Notes under the pieces: generated by a model
Databases searched by the model: none
The model's input: only the letters and a program-made list of their open reading frames with translations
What the model was told of the DNA's origin: nothing
Made by a program: the position numbers and the translations under genes
Shown here: piece by piece, positions 34,229-43,365 of the stretch
Numbering within the stretch: position 1 is the first letter of the stretch
Layout of the letters: every line of letters starts with the position of its first letter
From: Spirochaetota bacterium
GTDB lineage: Bacteria > Spirochaetota > Spirochaetia > Treponematales > Rectinemataceae
Assembly (NCBI GenBank): GCA_008080685.1
Contig: VKGY01000014.1
Location: forward strand, 1-52,043
DNA length: 52,043 nt
Direction of reading: 5' to 3'

Positions 34229-35218
34229 ATGCCAGCCAAGGAAATGCGGGCGGTCTACGCCCAGACCCTGATAGAACTAGCCAAGGACGACCCCTCCATC
34301 ATGGTCGTGGAAGCCGACCTCATGCGCGCCACGGGAACCCAGCCCTTCAAGGCCGCCTATCCCGAAAGGGCGGTGGACGTGGGAGTGGCGGAGGCCAACA
34401 TGCTCGGCGTCGCCGCTGGCCTGGCCGCGGAGGGCAAGACCCCCTTCGCCGCCACCTTCGCCTGCTTCGCCTCCCGGCGGGCCTTCGACCAATTCTTCCT
34501 CTCGGGCGCCTACGCCAGGCTGCCCGTTAAGCTCGTGGGAACGGACCCGGGCATCACCGCCACCTTCAACGGTGGAACCCACATGCCCTTCGAAGATCTG
34601 GGCATCCTGCGCACTGTGCCGGGCATCGACATCGTCGAACCCTCGGACCCGGTTTCCTTGGCCGCCCTGGTCCCTCAAATCGCTAAATCCGGCAAGGTGG
34701 CCTACTTAAGGCTCCATAGGAAGGCGGTGGAGGAAATCTACCCCGCGGGCGAAACCTTCGAACTTGGAAAAGCTAAGCTCCTCCGGGAGGGAAACGACGC
34801 GGTGATCATCGCCCTGGGCGCCGTCATGGTCCCCGAGGCCCTGGCCGCAGCGGACCTTCTCAAGGCCGAGGGCATCGCCGCCGCGGTGATAGACGCCATC
34901 TCCGTCAAGCCTCTGGACGCCGAACTCATAGGCGCGTGGATCAGAAAAACTGGCGTCGCGGTGACAGCTGAGAACCACCAGAGGATCGGCAGCCTGGGCT
35001 CCGCGGTGGCTGAGCTCATGGCCGAGAACGGCTGGGAAGCTCCTGCGGCCGCATCGGGTTCCGGAAACCTGAGGCCCGCGCGCTTGGCAAGGATCGGCGT
35101 AGCCGACCAATTCGGCGAAGTAGGCACCCAGGATTGGCTCAAAGCAAGATTCGGCCTTACGGCCAGGGACATAGCCGAGGCGGTTAAAAGCCTCGTGCGC
35201 CAAAGGAAGGAACCATGA
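34229..35218 (+). CDS. Transketolase, C-terminal (pyrimidine-binding) subunit; SqwG/H-like
   Basis: Motifs: RAVDVGVAEANMLGVAAGLA and GGTHMPFEDLGILRTVPGIDIVEPSD. There is a short Ala/Gly-rich insertion near the C-terminus (WEAPAAASGSGNLRPA). Confidence 0.85.
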   Translation: MPAKEMRAVYAQTLIELAKDDPSIMVVEADLMRATGTQPFKAAYPERAVDVGVAEANMLGVAAGLAAEGKTPFAATFACFASRRAFDQFFLSGAYARLPVKLVGTDPGITATFNGGTHMPFEDLGILRTVPGIDIVEPSDPVSLAALVPQIAKSGKVAYLRLHRKAVEEIYPAGETFELGKAKLLREGNDAVIIALGAVMVPEALAAADLLKAEGIAAAVIDAISVKPLDAELIGAWIRKTGVAVTAENHQRIGSLGSAVAELMAENGWEAPAAASGSGNLRPARLARIGVADQFGEVGTQDWLKARFGLTARDIAEAVKSLVRQRKEP

Positions 35219-35688
35219 AAATCGCCATAGCCTCCGACCTCTCCGGATTTCCCCTCAAGGAAGAAATCGTCGCCCACCTCAAGACCAAGGAAGGGATCGA
35301 AGTCCTCGACCTTGGGATTCCCAGCGCCAACAAGCCCAGCCCCTACTTCGCCCAGGCTCCCCTGGTCTGCAAGGCGATCCAGCGCGGCGAGGCGGACAAG
35401 GGCATCCTGATCTGCGGCACCGGCCAGGGCATGGCCATCGTGGCCAACAAGCACAAGGGAATCTACGCCTGCGTGGTGGATGATGTCTTTTCCGCGGAAA
35501 GATCCAAGATAGTGAACAATGCCAACGTCATCACCTTAGGGGGCTGGATCACCGCCCCCTTCATGGGCAAGGAAATCGTGGACGCCTGGCTCGCCATGGC
35601 CTTCACCCAGAAGATGGAGTTCAAAAAGGACTTCCTCACCAACGCCTTCAACAAGGTGGTGGAGATCGAAGGGGAGAACTTCAAATGA
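35215..35688 (+). CDS. RpiB/LacA/LacB-family sugar(-phosphate) isomerase; SqwI-like
   Basis: MKIAIASDLSGFPLKEEI... and GILICGTGQGMAIVANK. 157 aa. 4-nt overlaps with both neighbouring genes. Confidence 0.8.
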   Translation: MKIAIASDLSGFPLKEEIVAHLKTKEGIEVLDLGIPSANKPSPYFAQAPLVCKAIQRGEADKGILICGTGQGMAIVANKHKGIYACVVDDVFSAERSKIVNNANVITLGGWITAPFMGKEIVDAWLAMAFTQKMEFKKDFLTNAFNKVVEIEGENFK

Positions 35689-37106
35689 GCCAGCAAGATC
35701 CCCAGGACAACGCCGCTCTCGTGGCTGGATTGGTATCCAAGGCCCGGGCCGCCCAGGCTGTGGCCGCTGGCTGGAGTCAGGAACGGGTGGACGAGGTGGT
35801 ATTCGCCGCAGGCTGGGCTGTTTACAAGGACGAGAATATCCAGAAGCTCGCCCGGGCCGCGGTGGACGAGACAGGCATGGGCGTCTACGAAGACAAGCTC
35901 ACCAAGCACAAGAACAAGGTCATGGGAGTCCTCAAGGACATCAAAGGCGTAAAGACCGTAGGTCTCATGGAAATAGACGAGGCGCGGGGCATCAGGAAGT
36001 TCGCCAAGCCCGTGGGCGTGGTGGGCGCCTTGGCCCCGGTCACCAATCCCACCGCCACCCCCGCGTCGAACGGCCTTTCCATCCTGAAAGGGGCCAACGC
36101 GGTCATCTTCGCCCCCCATCCCAAAGCTAAAAAAGCCACCAAGATGGCCTGCGACTTCATGCGCGCCGCCATCGCCGCCGCCGGAGGCCCTCAGGATCTC
36201 GTCCAGTGCATCGAGGAGCCCTCGGTGGAACTCACCGGCGAACTCATGCGCCAGGTGGACCTGGTCGTGGCCACCGGCGGCGGCGCCATGGTCAAGGCCG
36301 CCTACTCCTCGGGCACCCCCGCCTTCGGCGTAGGCCCCGGCAACGCCGTCCAACTCCTCTGCGAGGACGCGGATCCCCTGGACGCGGCGGCCAAAATCTC
36401 AATGTCCAAATGCTTCGACAATGCCACCTCCTGCTCCAGCGAAAATTCAGCCGTGGTCCATTCCTCGGTCTATCCGGCCTTCGTCGCCGCCCTGAAAGCC
36501 AAGGGCGGCCACCTCTGCAGCCCCGAGGAAAAAACTCTCCTGCGCTCCTATATATGGATCAAGGGCAAGAACGGCGCCGAGGGCCTCAATCCCGCCGTCA
36601 TCGCCCAAGGCGCCAAAAAGATAGCCCAGGGCGCCGGATTTTCAGTTCCCGAAGGCACACGCTTCCTCATGGTCCAGGGAGAGTCCGATATCGAAGGAGA
36701 CAAGTTCTTCCATGAGAAGCTATCCCCCGTCCTTACCCTCCTTTCCTGCTCCAGCTTCCAGGAAGGCCTGGACTTCGTGCGACGCATCACCGACGCCTGC
36801 GGCACCGGCCATTCATCGGGCATCTTCACCTTCGACGAAGGCTATGTAAGGACCATGGGCGAAACGATGAAATCCAGCCGCATCATGGTAAGGCAACCCA
36901 TGGTGGCGGGGAACGGAGGAGCCTTCTTCAACGGCATGCCTTCCACGGTCACCTTAGGCTGCGGCACCTGGGGCGGCAACATCACAACCGAGAACATCCA
37001 CTGGCGGCACTTCATCAACGTGACCTGGCTCTCCATGCCCCTGGAGCCCCGCCGTCCCACGGACGAGGAAATGTTCGCCGGGACCTGGGCCAAGTTTGGC
37101 CGCTAG
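35685..37106 (+). CDS. CoA-acylating aldehyde dehydrogenase (EutE/PduP type); SqwD-like
   Basis: 473 aa with the catalytic-Cys region CFDNATSCSSENSAVVH. It lacks the long-form ALDH termini. It sits next to an ADP-forming CoA ligase. Confidence 0.75.
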   Translation: MSQQDPQDNAALVAGLVSKARAAQAVAAGWSQERVDEVVFAAGWAVYKDENIQKLARAAVDETGMGVYEDKLTKHKNKVMGVLKDIKGVKTVGLMEIDEARGIRKFAKPVGVVGALAPVTNPTATPASNGLSILKGANAVIFAPHPKAKKATKMACDFMRAAIAAAGGPQDLVQCIEEPSVELTGELMRQVDLVVATGGGAMVKAAYSSGTPAFGVGPGNAVQLLCEDADPLDAAAKISMSKCFDNATSCSSENSAVVHSSVYPAFVAALKAKGGHLCSPEEKTLLRSYIWIKGKNGAEGLNPAVIAQGAKKIAQGAGFSVPEGTRFLMVQGESDIEGDKFFHEKLSPVLTLLSCSSFQEGLDFVRRITDACGTGHSSGIFTFDEGYVRTMGETMKSSRIMVRQPMVAGNGGAFFNGMPSTVTLGCGTWGGNITTENIHWRHFINVTWLSMPLEPRRPTDEEMFAGTWAKFGR

Positions 37107-37121
37107 CCTCAAGGAGGATGG

Positions 37122-38249
37122 ATGAAACTGTACGAACACCAGGCGAAGGACGTCTTCGCCAAGGCAGGGATCCCCATTCCCCGGGGCATCCTCGCCGTGG
37201 ACGAAGCCCAGGCCGAGGCCGCCGGAGAAACAATAGGCTACCCCTGCGTGGCCAAGGCCCAGGTCCTTTCCGGAGGACGGGGCAAGGCAGGCCTTATCCG
37301 CCTGGCGCGCGGCCAGGCTCAGCTCAAGGAAGCCGCCAAGACCATCTTCGCCGCCCCACAAAAAGTCAGACTCCTCCTTATCGAGGAGGCGGTGGACTTC
37401 GAGAATGAAATCTACCTGGCCGTGACCGCCGATCCCGCGGGAGGCGGAGCCTTGCTCCTGGCCTGCGCCGAGGGAGGAATAGACATAGAAGAACTGGCCC
37501 GCACGGCGCCGGAGAAAATCCTCAAAACGCACGTCCCCCTCTCGGAGAGCCTCATGCCCTTCCGCGCCCGGGACCTCGCCTATTCCCTGGGCTTCTCAGG
37601 CGAAAAAGCCAAGCAATTCGCCGCCATAGCCCAAAGCCTCTACGCCGTGTTCCGCGCCCAGGACGCGGAACTGGCGGAGATAAATCCCCTCTTCGCCGTA
37701 AAATCAGGCGGATTCGTAGCCGGTGACGGAAAGCTCTCTGTAGACGACAACTCCCTTAACCTCCATCCCGAATGGGAACCCCAAGCGGGTGACTTCGATT
37801 CCGAAACCGCTTTCGAAGCCTACAAGGAAGGCATTCCTTACCTCCAGTTCGACGGAGACATCAGCCTCATGTGCGCCGGCGCCGGCCTCACCACCACCGT
37901 GTACGACCTCATCGCCGACGCCGGGGGCACGGTGGCCAACTACCTCGAGTTCGGCGGTCCCAACTACCGCAAGGGCCTCAAGGCCATGGAACTCTGCGTA
38001 AGGAACAACCCAAAGGTTATCCTCATCGTCACCTTTGGCACCATCGCCCGGGCCGACGTCATGGCCGAGGGCATAGTCTCCGCCATGGCCGCCTTGAAAC
38101 CCCCCTGCCTCATCGTGACCTGCATCCGGGGCACAGGAGAGGAAGACGCAGCCAAGACCCTCGCGGCCGCAGGCCTCGATCCCCTGGTTGACACCGAAAA
38201 GGCGGTCAAGCGGGCTGTTGAATTCTCCCGATCCGGAGGTCGCCCATGA
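37122..38249 (+). CDS. ADP-forming acyl-CoA ligase, beta (ATP-grasp) subunit, SucC-like; SqwK/L-like
   Basis: MKLYEHQAKDVFAKAGIPIPRG... and CVAKAQVLSGGRGKAG are SucC-type ATP-grasp motifs. Confidence 0.8.
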   Translation: MKLYEHQAKDVFAKAGIPIPRGILAVDEAQAEAAGETIGYPCVAKAQVLSGGRGKAGLIRLARGQAQLKEAAKTIFAAPQKVRLLLIEEAVDFENEIYLAVTADPAGGGALLLACAEGGIDIEELARTAPEKILKTHVPLSESLMPFRARDLAYSLGFSGEKAKQFAAIAQSLYAVFRAQDAELAEINPLFAVKSGGFVAGDGKLSVDDNSLNLHPEWEPQAGDFDSETAFEAYKEGIPYLQFDGDISLMCAGAGLTTTVYDLIADAGGTVANYLEFGGPNYRKGLKAMELCVRNNPKVILIVTFGTIARADVMAEGIVSAMAALKPPCLIVTCIRGTGEEDAAKTLAAAGLDPLVDTEKAVKRAVEFSRSGGRP

Positions 38250-39148
38250 GCATCTTCATAGACAGGACAACCAGGGTCGTAGCCTTCGGCGCCACGGGCA
38301 GCGAAGGCTCCTTCTGGACCAAGCACATGGTGGAATTGGGCACCCAGGTGGTCGCGGCAGTGACGCCTGGCAAGGAAGGAGAAAAAGTCGAGCCGGAAAT
38401 CCCCGTCTTCCACAGCCTTAGACGGGCCCTGGCCCAGATTTCCACCGACGCGGCCATGCTCTTCGTGCCCCCGCGCTTCGCCAAGGACGCGGTCTTCGAA
38501 GCTTTGGACGGTGGCATCAGAAAAATCGTCGTGGTGGCGGACGGCATTCCCCTGCACGAAGCCCTCCAGATCCGCGCGGCGGCCCTATCCTGCGGCGCCC
38601 GCGTCATAGGCGGCAACACCTCGGGCGCCATAAGCCCCGGCCAAGCCATGATGGGCATGTTCCCCTATTGGATCCAAAGGGTCTACAAGCCCGGCAGGAT
38701 AGGCGTCATGACCCGCTCGGGAAGCCTGACCAACGAAGTAACCGCCATGGTAGTGGCCGGGGGCTTCGGCGTCTCCAGCCTCATCGGCGTAGGCGGCGAC
38801 TCGGTCCCCGGAACCCGCTTCGCCGAACTTCTGCCCGACTTCCAGGCCGACCCGGAAACCGACGCGGTGGTACTCATTGGCGAGCTGGGGGGAACCATGG
38901 AAGAGGAAGTGGCCGATGAAATCGCCGCCCAGCGCTTCACCAAGCCCATCGTAGCCTTCATAGGCGGTCGCCACGCTCCACCGGGAAAGCGCATGGGCCA
39001 CGCCGGCGCCATAGTTTCCGGAGGCAGAGGCTCTGCCCTGGACAAGATCGCCGCCTTGCAGAAGGCCGGCGCCTTGGTTGCGGAAAAGCCCCGTCTCGTA
39101 GGTGAATGTCTTCGAAAGGCTCTCGGGAGGATGTATGATCGGAATTAA
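38246..39148 (+). CDS. ADP-forming acyl-CoA ligase, alpha (CoA-binding) subunit, SucD-like; SqwK/L-like
   Basis: RVVAFGATGSEGSF and the phospho-His loop GHAGAIVSGGRGSA. 4-nt overlap with the beta subunit gene. Confidence 0.8.
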   Translation: MSIFIDRTTRVVAFGATGSEGSFWTKHMVELGTQVVAAVTPGKEGEKVEPEIPVFHSLRRALAQISTDAAMLFVPPRFAKDAVFEALDGGIRKIVVVADGIPLHEALQIRAAALSCGARVIGGNTSGAISPGQAMMGMFPYWIQRVYKPGRIGVMTRSGSLTNEVTAMVVAGGFGVSSLIGVGGDSVPGTRFAELLPDFQADPETDAVVLIGELGGTMEEEVADEIAAQRFTKPIVAFIGGRHAPPGKRMGHAGAIVSGGRGSALDKIAALQKAGALVAEKPRLVGECLRKALGRMYDRN

Positions 39149-40640
39149 GGCAAACCTCACCATCAGAAACCTTGGCTTCCTCGGCCTAGCCCTCGCGGCG
39201 TGTGTCTTTCTCGTCACCGCCATTCCTCCTGCTTCGCTAGTCGACACGATCGCCAAGGCCATCGACGCCGGAACAGGCAAACCTAGCTATCCAACTTCGA
39301 TGCTGTCGGGCCAGGCCGCCATGTCAGCCCTTGGCGTATTGGCTTTCTGCCTCGTCCTCTGGGTTACCGAAGCCCTGCCCTTCCACATCACCGGCATGAT
39401 TGCCCTTGCCCTCCTCACCTTCCTTAAAATCGGAAAATATAAAGACATCATCTCCACGGGATTCGGAAACGACATCGTCATTTTTTTTATCGGAGTCCTC
39501 ATATTGGGCGCCTTTATCACAAAATCCGGCTTGGGGAAAAGGATTTCTGCAGTAATCCTTTCGATTACCGGCAATGATACACGCCTCATTATCCTGGGCT
39601 TTCTTATCACCGGCGTCGTTCTTTCCATGTGGATCACCGACATGGCCGTCGCCGCGATGCTCATGCCCCTCGCCCGGGCGATTCTCCAGGAAGAAGCTGT
39701 CACGCCCATGAAATCAAATTTTGGCAAGGGGCTCATGATTTCGGTCGCCTGGGGAGCGCTTATCGGAGGCATCGGCACCCCTGCGGGCACAGGCTCCAAT
39801 CCCATAGCCCTGCAGTTCCTCTCCACCATGGCAGGCATCAACCTCAGCTTCCTGGATTGGATGGCCTATGGAGTGCCCTCCGCCATCCTCCTCATCGCCC
39901 CAGCCTGGGGGGTCCTCCTTCTTTTCTTCCCCCCTGAGATGAAACGCCTCAAGGTCTCCAGGGAGGACCTGAAAATTCAACTAAAATCCATGCCCGCAAT
40001 GCATCGGGAAGAAAAAATCACTCTCTCTATTTTCATTCTCACGGTTCTCGTATGGGTTTTCACTCCCCTTATCCAGGATCTTATCGGGATGCAGATAGAA
40101 ATTTCACTTCCCGCGCTCATCGCAGCCACCCTCTTTTTTCTGCCAGGAATGAGCCGGACCAAATGGAAAGATATAGAATCTGAGATCGACTGGGCGGGAA
40201 TCATCCTCATTGTCTCCGGGCTCTCCCTCGGAACCTATCTATATAAGACAGGCGCTGCGGAATGGCTTGCCGTCTCCCTTCTAGGCAGAATCGGTGAGGT
40301 ACCACTCTTTATGCAAATTTTCCTCGTCACCTTGAGCGTCTGCCTGCTTAAAGTGGTTTTCTCCTCCAACACCGTCACGGCCACCATACTCATTCCCCTC
40401 ATCATCGGCCTGGGGAAGGCCCTCAACATGGATGTCACGGCTATCACCCTGGCCGCGGGCCTCACCTCCAGCTTGGCCTTCATCCTGGTCACCACCACTC
40501 CCACGAACGTTATACCCTTCAATACAGGGTATTTCAGCATAAAGGACATGGCCAAGGCAGGCCTTGCCCTTACCGTGGTGGCTTCCCTGATCATCACCCC
40601 GGTTTTCATGGTCGTTGGAGCGCTCAGAGGAGGTTTCTAA
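39135..40640 (+). CDS. DASS/SLC13-family anion permease (putative organosulfonate/dicarboxylate carrier)
   Basis: About 500 aa and polytopic, with an internally repeated architecture and DASS-like segments (LWVTEALPFHITGM, GALIGGIGTPAGTGSNP, SSNTVTATILIPL). Start ATG 39135 is preceded by GGGAGG; the track start at 39102 is less likely. Confidence 0.65.
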   Translation: MIGIKANLTIRNLGFLGLALAACVFLVTAIPPASLVDTIAKAIDAGTGKPSYPTSMLSGQAAMSALGVLAFCLVLWVTEALPFHITGMIALALLTFLKIGKYKDIISTGFGNDIVIFFIGVLILGAFITKSGLGKRISAVILSITGNDTRLIILGFLITGVVLSMWITDMAVAAMLMPLARAILQEEAVTPMKSNFGKGLMISVAWGALIGGIGTPAGTGSNPIALQFLSTMAGINLSFLDWMAYGVPSAILLIAPAWGVLLLFFPPEMKRLKVSREDLKIQLKSMPAMHREEKITLSIFILTVLVWVFTPLIQDLIGMQIEISLPALIAATLFFLPGMSRTKWKDIESEIDWAGIILIVSGLSLGTYLYKTGAAEWLAVSLLGRIGEVPLFMQIFLVTLSVCLLKVVFSSNTVTATILIPLIIGLGKALNMDVTAITLAAGLTSSLAFILVTTTPTNVIPFNTGYFSIKDMAKAGLALTVVASLIITPVFMVVGALRGGF

Positions 40641-40653
40641 TGGATAAAACAGC

Positions 40654-41334
40654 ATGAGCATCGAACACATACGAAAGTGTAACCCATCGATCGACGTTAG
40701 GAGCCAGGATGACCCACTGCTAGGCGAATACGCCAGGCTCATCGATCCCAGACCCTTTGCCGGACTTGTCGCCCTCGCTGATCGAACAACAGCCATCGAT
40801 CCCGCTGTCAATCGTTACGTGGGAAGCTGTCCCGAACTCGAGGCTGATCCCTCATTTAGCCTGCTCGGCGAGTATTTTGGATTTGCGGATATTCAAGTGG
40901 GGTACTGCAACGGGCCAAACTCAAAATTAAATGCGGTGGAATGGCACAAGTCCTCGGAAATCGACATCGCCGTCACCGACATGATTTTACTGTTGGGAAA
41001 GCGAAGCGACATAGACTCAAAAGGCAATCTCCACTCTTCGCGATTGGAATGCTTTTATATCGCAAAGGGCGGTTCCCTTGAAATACTGCCTGAGGTATTG
41101 CATTTCTCTCCTTGCAAGGTCCATCCGGAAGGGTTCAAGAGCATAATCGTGCTTCCGAGAGGGACTAACGAAGCCCTCGATTCCCCAAAGACGAGCAATG
41201 CCGGGCCCGAATCGCAATTTCTGTTCATGAAAAACAAATGGCTCATCGCCCATCCCGAGCGCCTTCCCCTCGTTCAGAAAGGAGCCTATCCAGGGATCAT
41301 GGGAGAGAATATCGAGATTTTCTTGGAAGCCTAA
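40654..41334 (+). CDS. DUF4867-like protein (candidate sulfoquinovose isomerase, SqvD/SftI-like)
   Basis: 226 aa and soluble. The call rests on my recollection that DUF4867 proteins of this size act as SQ isomerases in Firmicutes sulfoglycolysis clusters, together with the gene context. Sequence-level support is weak without an HMM search. Confidence 0.4.
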   Translation: MSIEHIRKCNPSIDVRSQDDPLLGEYARLIDPRPFAGLVALADRTTAIDPAVNRYVGSCPELEADPSFSLLGEYFGFADIQVGYCNGPNSKLNAVEWHKSSEIDIAVTDMILLLGKRSDIDSKGNLHSSRLECFYIAKGGSLEILPEVLHFSPCKVHPEGFKSIIVLPRGTNEALDSPKTSNAGPESQFLFMKNKWLIAHPERLPLVQKGAYPGIMGENIEIFLEA

Positions 41335-41343
41335 GGCCGAAAG

Positions 41344-41377
41344 CCGGGGCGGAAGGCCCTAGGGCCTTTCGCCCCGG
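41344..41377. terminator. Long GC hairpin between convergent genes (possible bidirectional terminator)
   Basis: CCGGGGCG-GAAGGCCC-TA-GGGCCTT-T-CGCCCCGG is a near-perfect palindrome. It overlaps the last codons and stop of the GH31 gene. No clear U-tract is present. Confidence 0.35.
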
Positions 41378-43365
41378 TAGAACACAGGCGGTCTGCCCAA
41401 GGGGGCGTCCACCTCGACCGTAGAAGACACGTCGCCCTGGCGCGCAAGATCGCCGGACCAGAAGTCCCGCCATTCCCCGGCGGGGAAGCGCACAATCCTG
41501 GACCTCGCCCCTTCCACCATCACCGGAGCCACAAGGAGGTCGGGACCCAGCATGTATTGGTCGTCCATCGCACCAAAGCCCTCGTCCAGGGGAAATTCCA
41601 GGAACATGGGCCTCATCATGGGAATCCCGCGCTCCCTATTCTCCTGGGCAAGGCGCTTCAGGTACGGCTTAAGCCCCACATGGACCCTGCCCATGGCCGC
41701 CAGGTGGGCCAAGGTTTCCTCGTCGGAATCAAACTGCCAGTTGTCCTTGGGCCTGTTTCCCTCGTGGGTGCGCATCAAGGGGCTGAAGGCGGCCCAACGC
41801 ATGAAAAGCTCCTTGGTCCGCTTCATCCCGAAGAGGGTCGTATAGCCGCCTATGTCGCTGTGATGGACTCCGTGCCCGCTCATGCCCAGACTCAGCGCCG
41901 CCCGCACCGCGGAAGGAAGCCCGTCGTCGGCGGACCAATCCACGTTCTGGTCTCCCGCCCACATCATGGGGCACCACTTCTGGCTTCCCGTGAAGCCCGC
42001 GCGCATGAAGTAGAAAACCTCGGATTCGGCGCCAGCCTTCCGTAGCGCCTCAAAATTGCACTTGGCCCACAGAGCAGGCCACAGGTTGTGCGCCATCAAC
42101 GCGGAGGATCCGTCCCAAAGCACTGCGTCCGTGGGCAGGTATTCTCCGAAATCCGCCATCCATCCGCCTAGGCCAAGATCGACCATGTTCTTCTTCAGCG
42201 CCTCGGCGAACCAATCGAAGGCTTCGGGATTGGTCAGGTCGGGAATACCGGCGTAGAACTCGCCGAAATCCACATAATAGTCGTCCCCGGCCGAATCCTT
42301 GACCAGGTAACCCTTGGCCGCGGCCTCCTCGCAGAGGCTCCAGCCCTTTCCGACATAGCAGTTGGCGTAGCCCAGGAACCGAACTCCCTGGGCGCGCCAC
42401 CGGAGGACAGCCTCGTCCAAGGCCGGATATCGTTCCCTATTCCACACCCAGTCCCAGCGCAAACGTTGGCCGAAACTGGTCATGTTGATTCCTTCCCAGT
42501 CCTGGGCCCAGATTCCCGCCACCGGCACGCCCGCGGCCCGGGCCTTTTCAAGCTTGGCCTGGCACACATCGGTTCCGCCCTGGATGCCCAGGATCACGCC
42601 GTCGTAGGACCACTCCGGCATGGGAGGCTGGCGGCCGAAATACGCCGACTGGTCCGACAGAACCCCCTTGAGGCCCCTGGCCTCTCCGGCCCCGAACACA
42701 AGACGCGCCGGCGCCCCCCAGGCATAGAGCTCATGCCTGTCCGCCTTGCGGAAATCGAATACCGTGTAGGCTGAGGAATCGAAATGGCACCAATACCCCG
42801 CGCTGGAGACAAAAGAAGGCTGGGGGAAGAAGGTCCACCAGTAATCGCCCCCGGCGTTGTCCGCCAAGTCGGCTTCCAGAGTTATCCGGGTGGATTTGTT
42901 CCTTCCCACACCCTGTTCGCTGGTCCAGAGAGGAAACCGGCGTCCGCGGAGATCCAGATGCGAAAACTGTTCCCCTCCCCCGTAAACCCGCTCCCCAGGA
43001 TCGGCGGGCAGGCTGATCCTGAAGCGGTTCGCTTCCCTGGCGCCTTCTGCCTCGAACTCCACCCCCAGCCGACCATCTTGCGTCCTTCGCACTGATATCC
43101 GAATCGCATAACGCCCCGAATCGGAAAGGACAGCCCCAAAAAGCTCGCCGCCGCCCCTGGTGTCCTCTTTAAAATTGCGCAACGCACAGAGTTCCCGGAT
43201 TTCATCGCGTATGTCGAAATTCCCATGATGCATGGAAATCTCAGCCTCGCCGTTGCCCGCGTAGACCAAGGGATTCTCGGGACTGTGGCGCGCCACCACC
43301 CGATCGCCCAGGAAAATCTCAAACCCATCGCCCTGACGTTTGACTGACGGAAGAGGACCGCTCAT
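41359..43365 (-). CDS. yihQ: GH31 sulfoquinovosidase (YihQ family)
   Basis: It matches my memory of E. coli YihQ along its length: GEQFSHLDLRGRRFPLWTSEQGVGRNK, NAGGDYWWTFFPQPSFVS, GIWAQDWEGINMTSFGQRLRWDWVWN (sulfonate-binding R..W), GGWMADFGEYLPTD (nucleophile), MMWAGDQNVDWS (acid/base), HHSDIGGYTTLF and MRTHEGNRPKDNWQFD. The start is set at ATG 43365, which overlaps the permease stop as ATGA and gives 668 aa. Confidence 0.8.
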   Translation of the reverse strand: MSGPLPSVKRQGDGFEIFLGDRVVARHSPENPLVYAGNGEAEISMHHGNFDIRDEIRELCALRNFKEDTRGGGELFGAVLSDSGRYAIRISVRRTQDGRLGVEFEAEGAREANRFRISLPADPGERVYGGGEQFSHLDLRGRRFPLWTSEQGVGRNKSTRITLEADLADNAGGDYWWTFFPQPSFVSSAGYWCHFDSSAYTVFDFRKADRHELYAWGAPARLVFGAGEARGLKGVLSDQSAYFGRQPPMPEWSYDGVILGIQGGTDVCQAKLEKARAAGVPVAGIWAQDWEGINMTSFGQRLRWDWVWNRERYPALDEAVLRWRAQGVRFLGYANCYVGKGWSLCEEAAAKGYLVKDSAGDDYYVDFGEFYAGIPDLTNPEAFDWFAEALKKNMVDLGLGGWMADFGEYLPTDAVLWDGSSALMAHNLWPALWAKCNFEALRKAGAESEVFYFMRAGFTGSQKWCPMMWAGDQNVDWSADDGLPSAVRAALSLGMSGHGVHHSDIGGYTTLFGMKRTKELFMRWAAFSPLMRTHEGNRPKDNWQFDSDEETLAHLAAMGRVHVGLKPYLKRLAQENRERGIPMMRPMFLEFPLDEGFGAMDDQYMLGPDLLVAPVMVEGARSRIVRFPAGEWRDFWSGDLARQGDVSSTVEVDAPLGRPPVFYRGERP

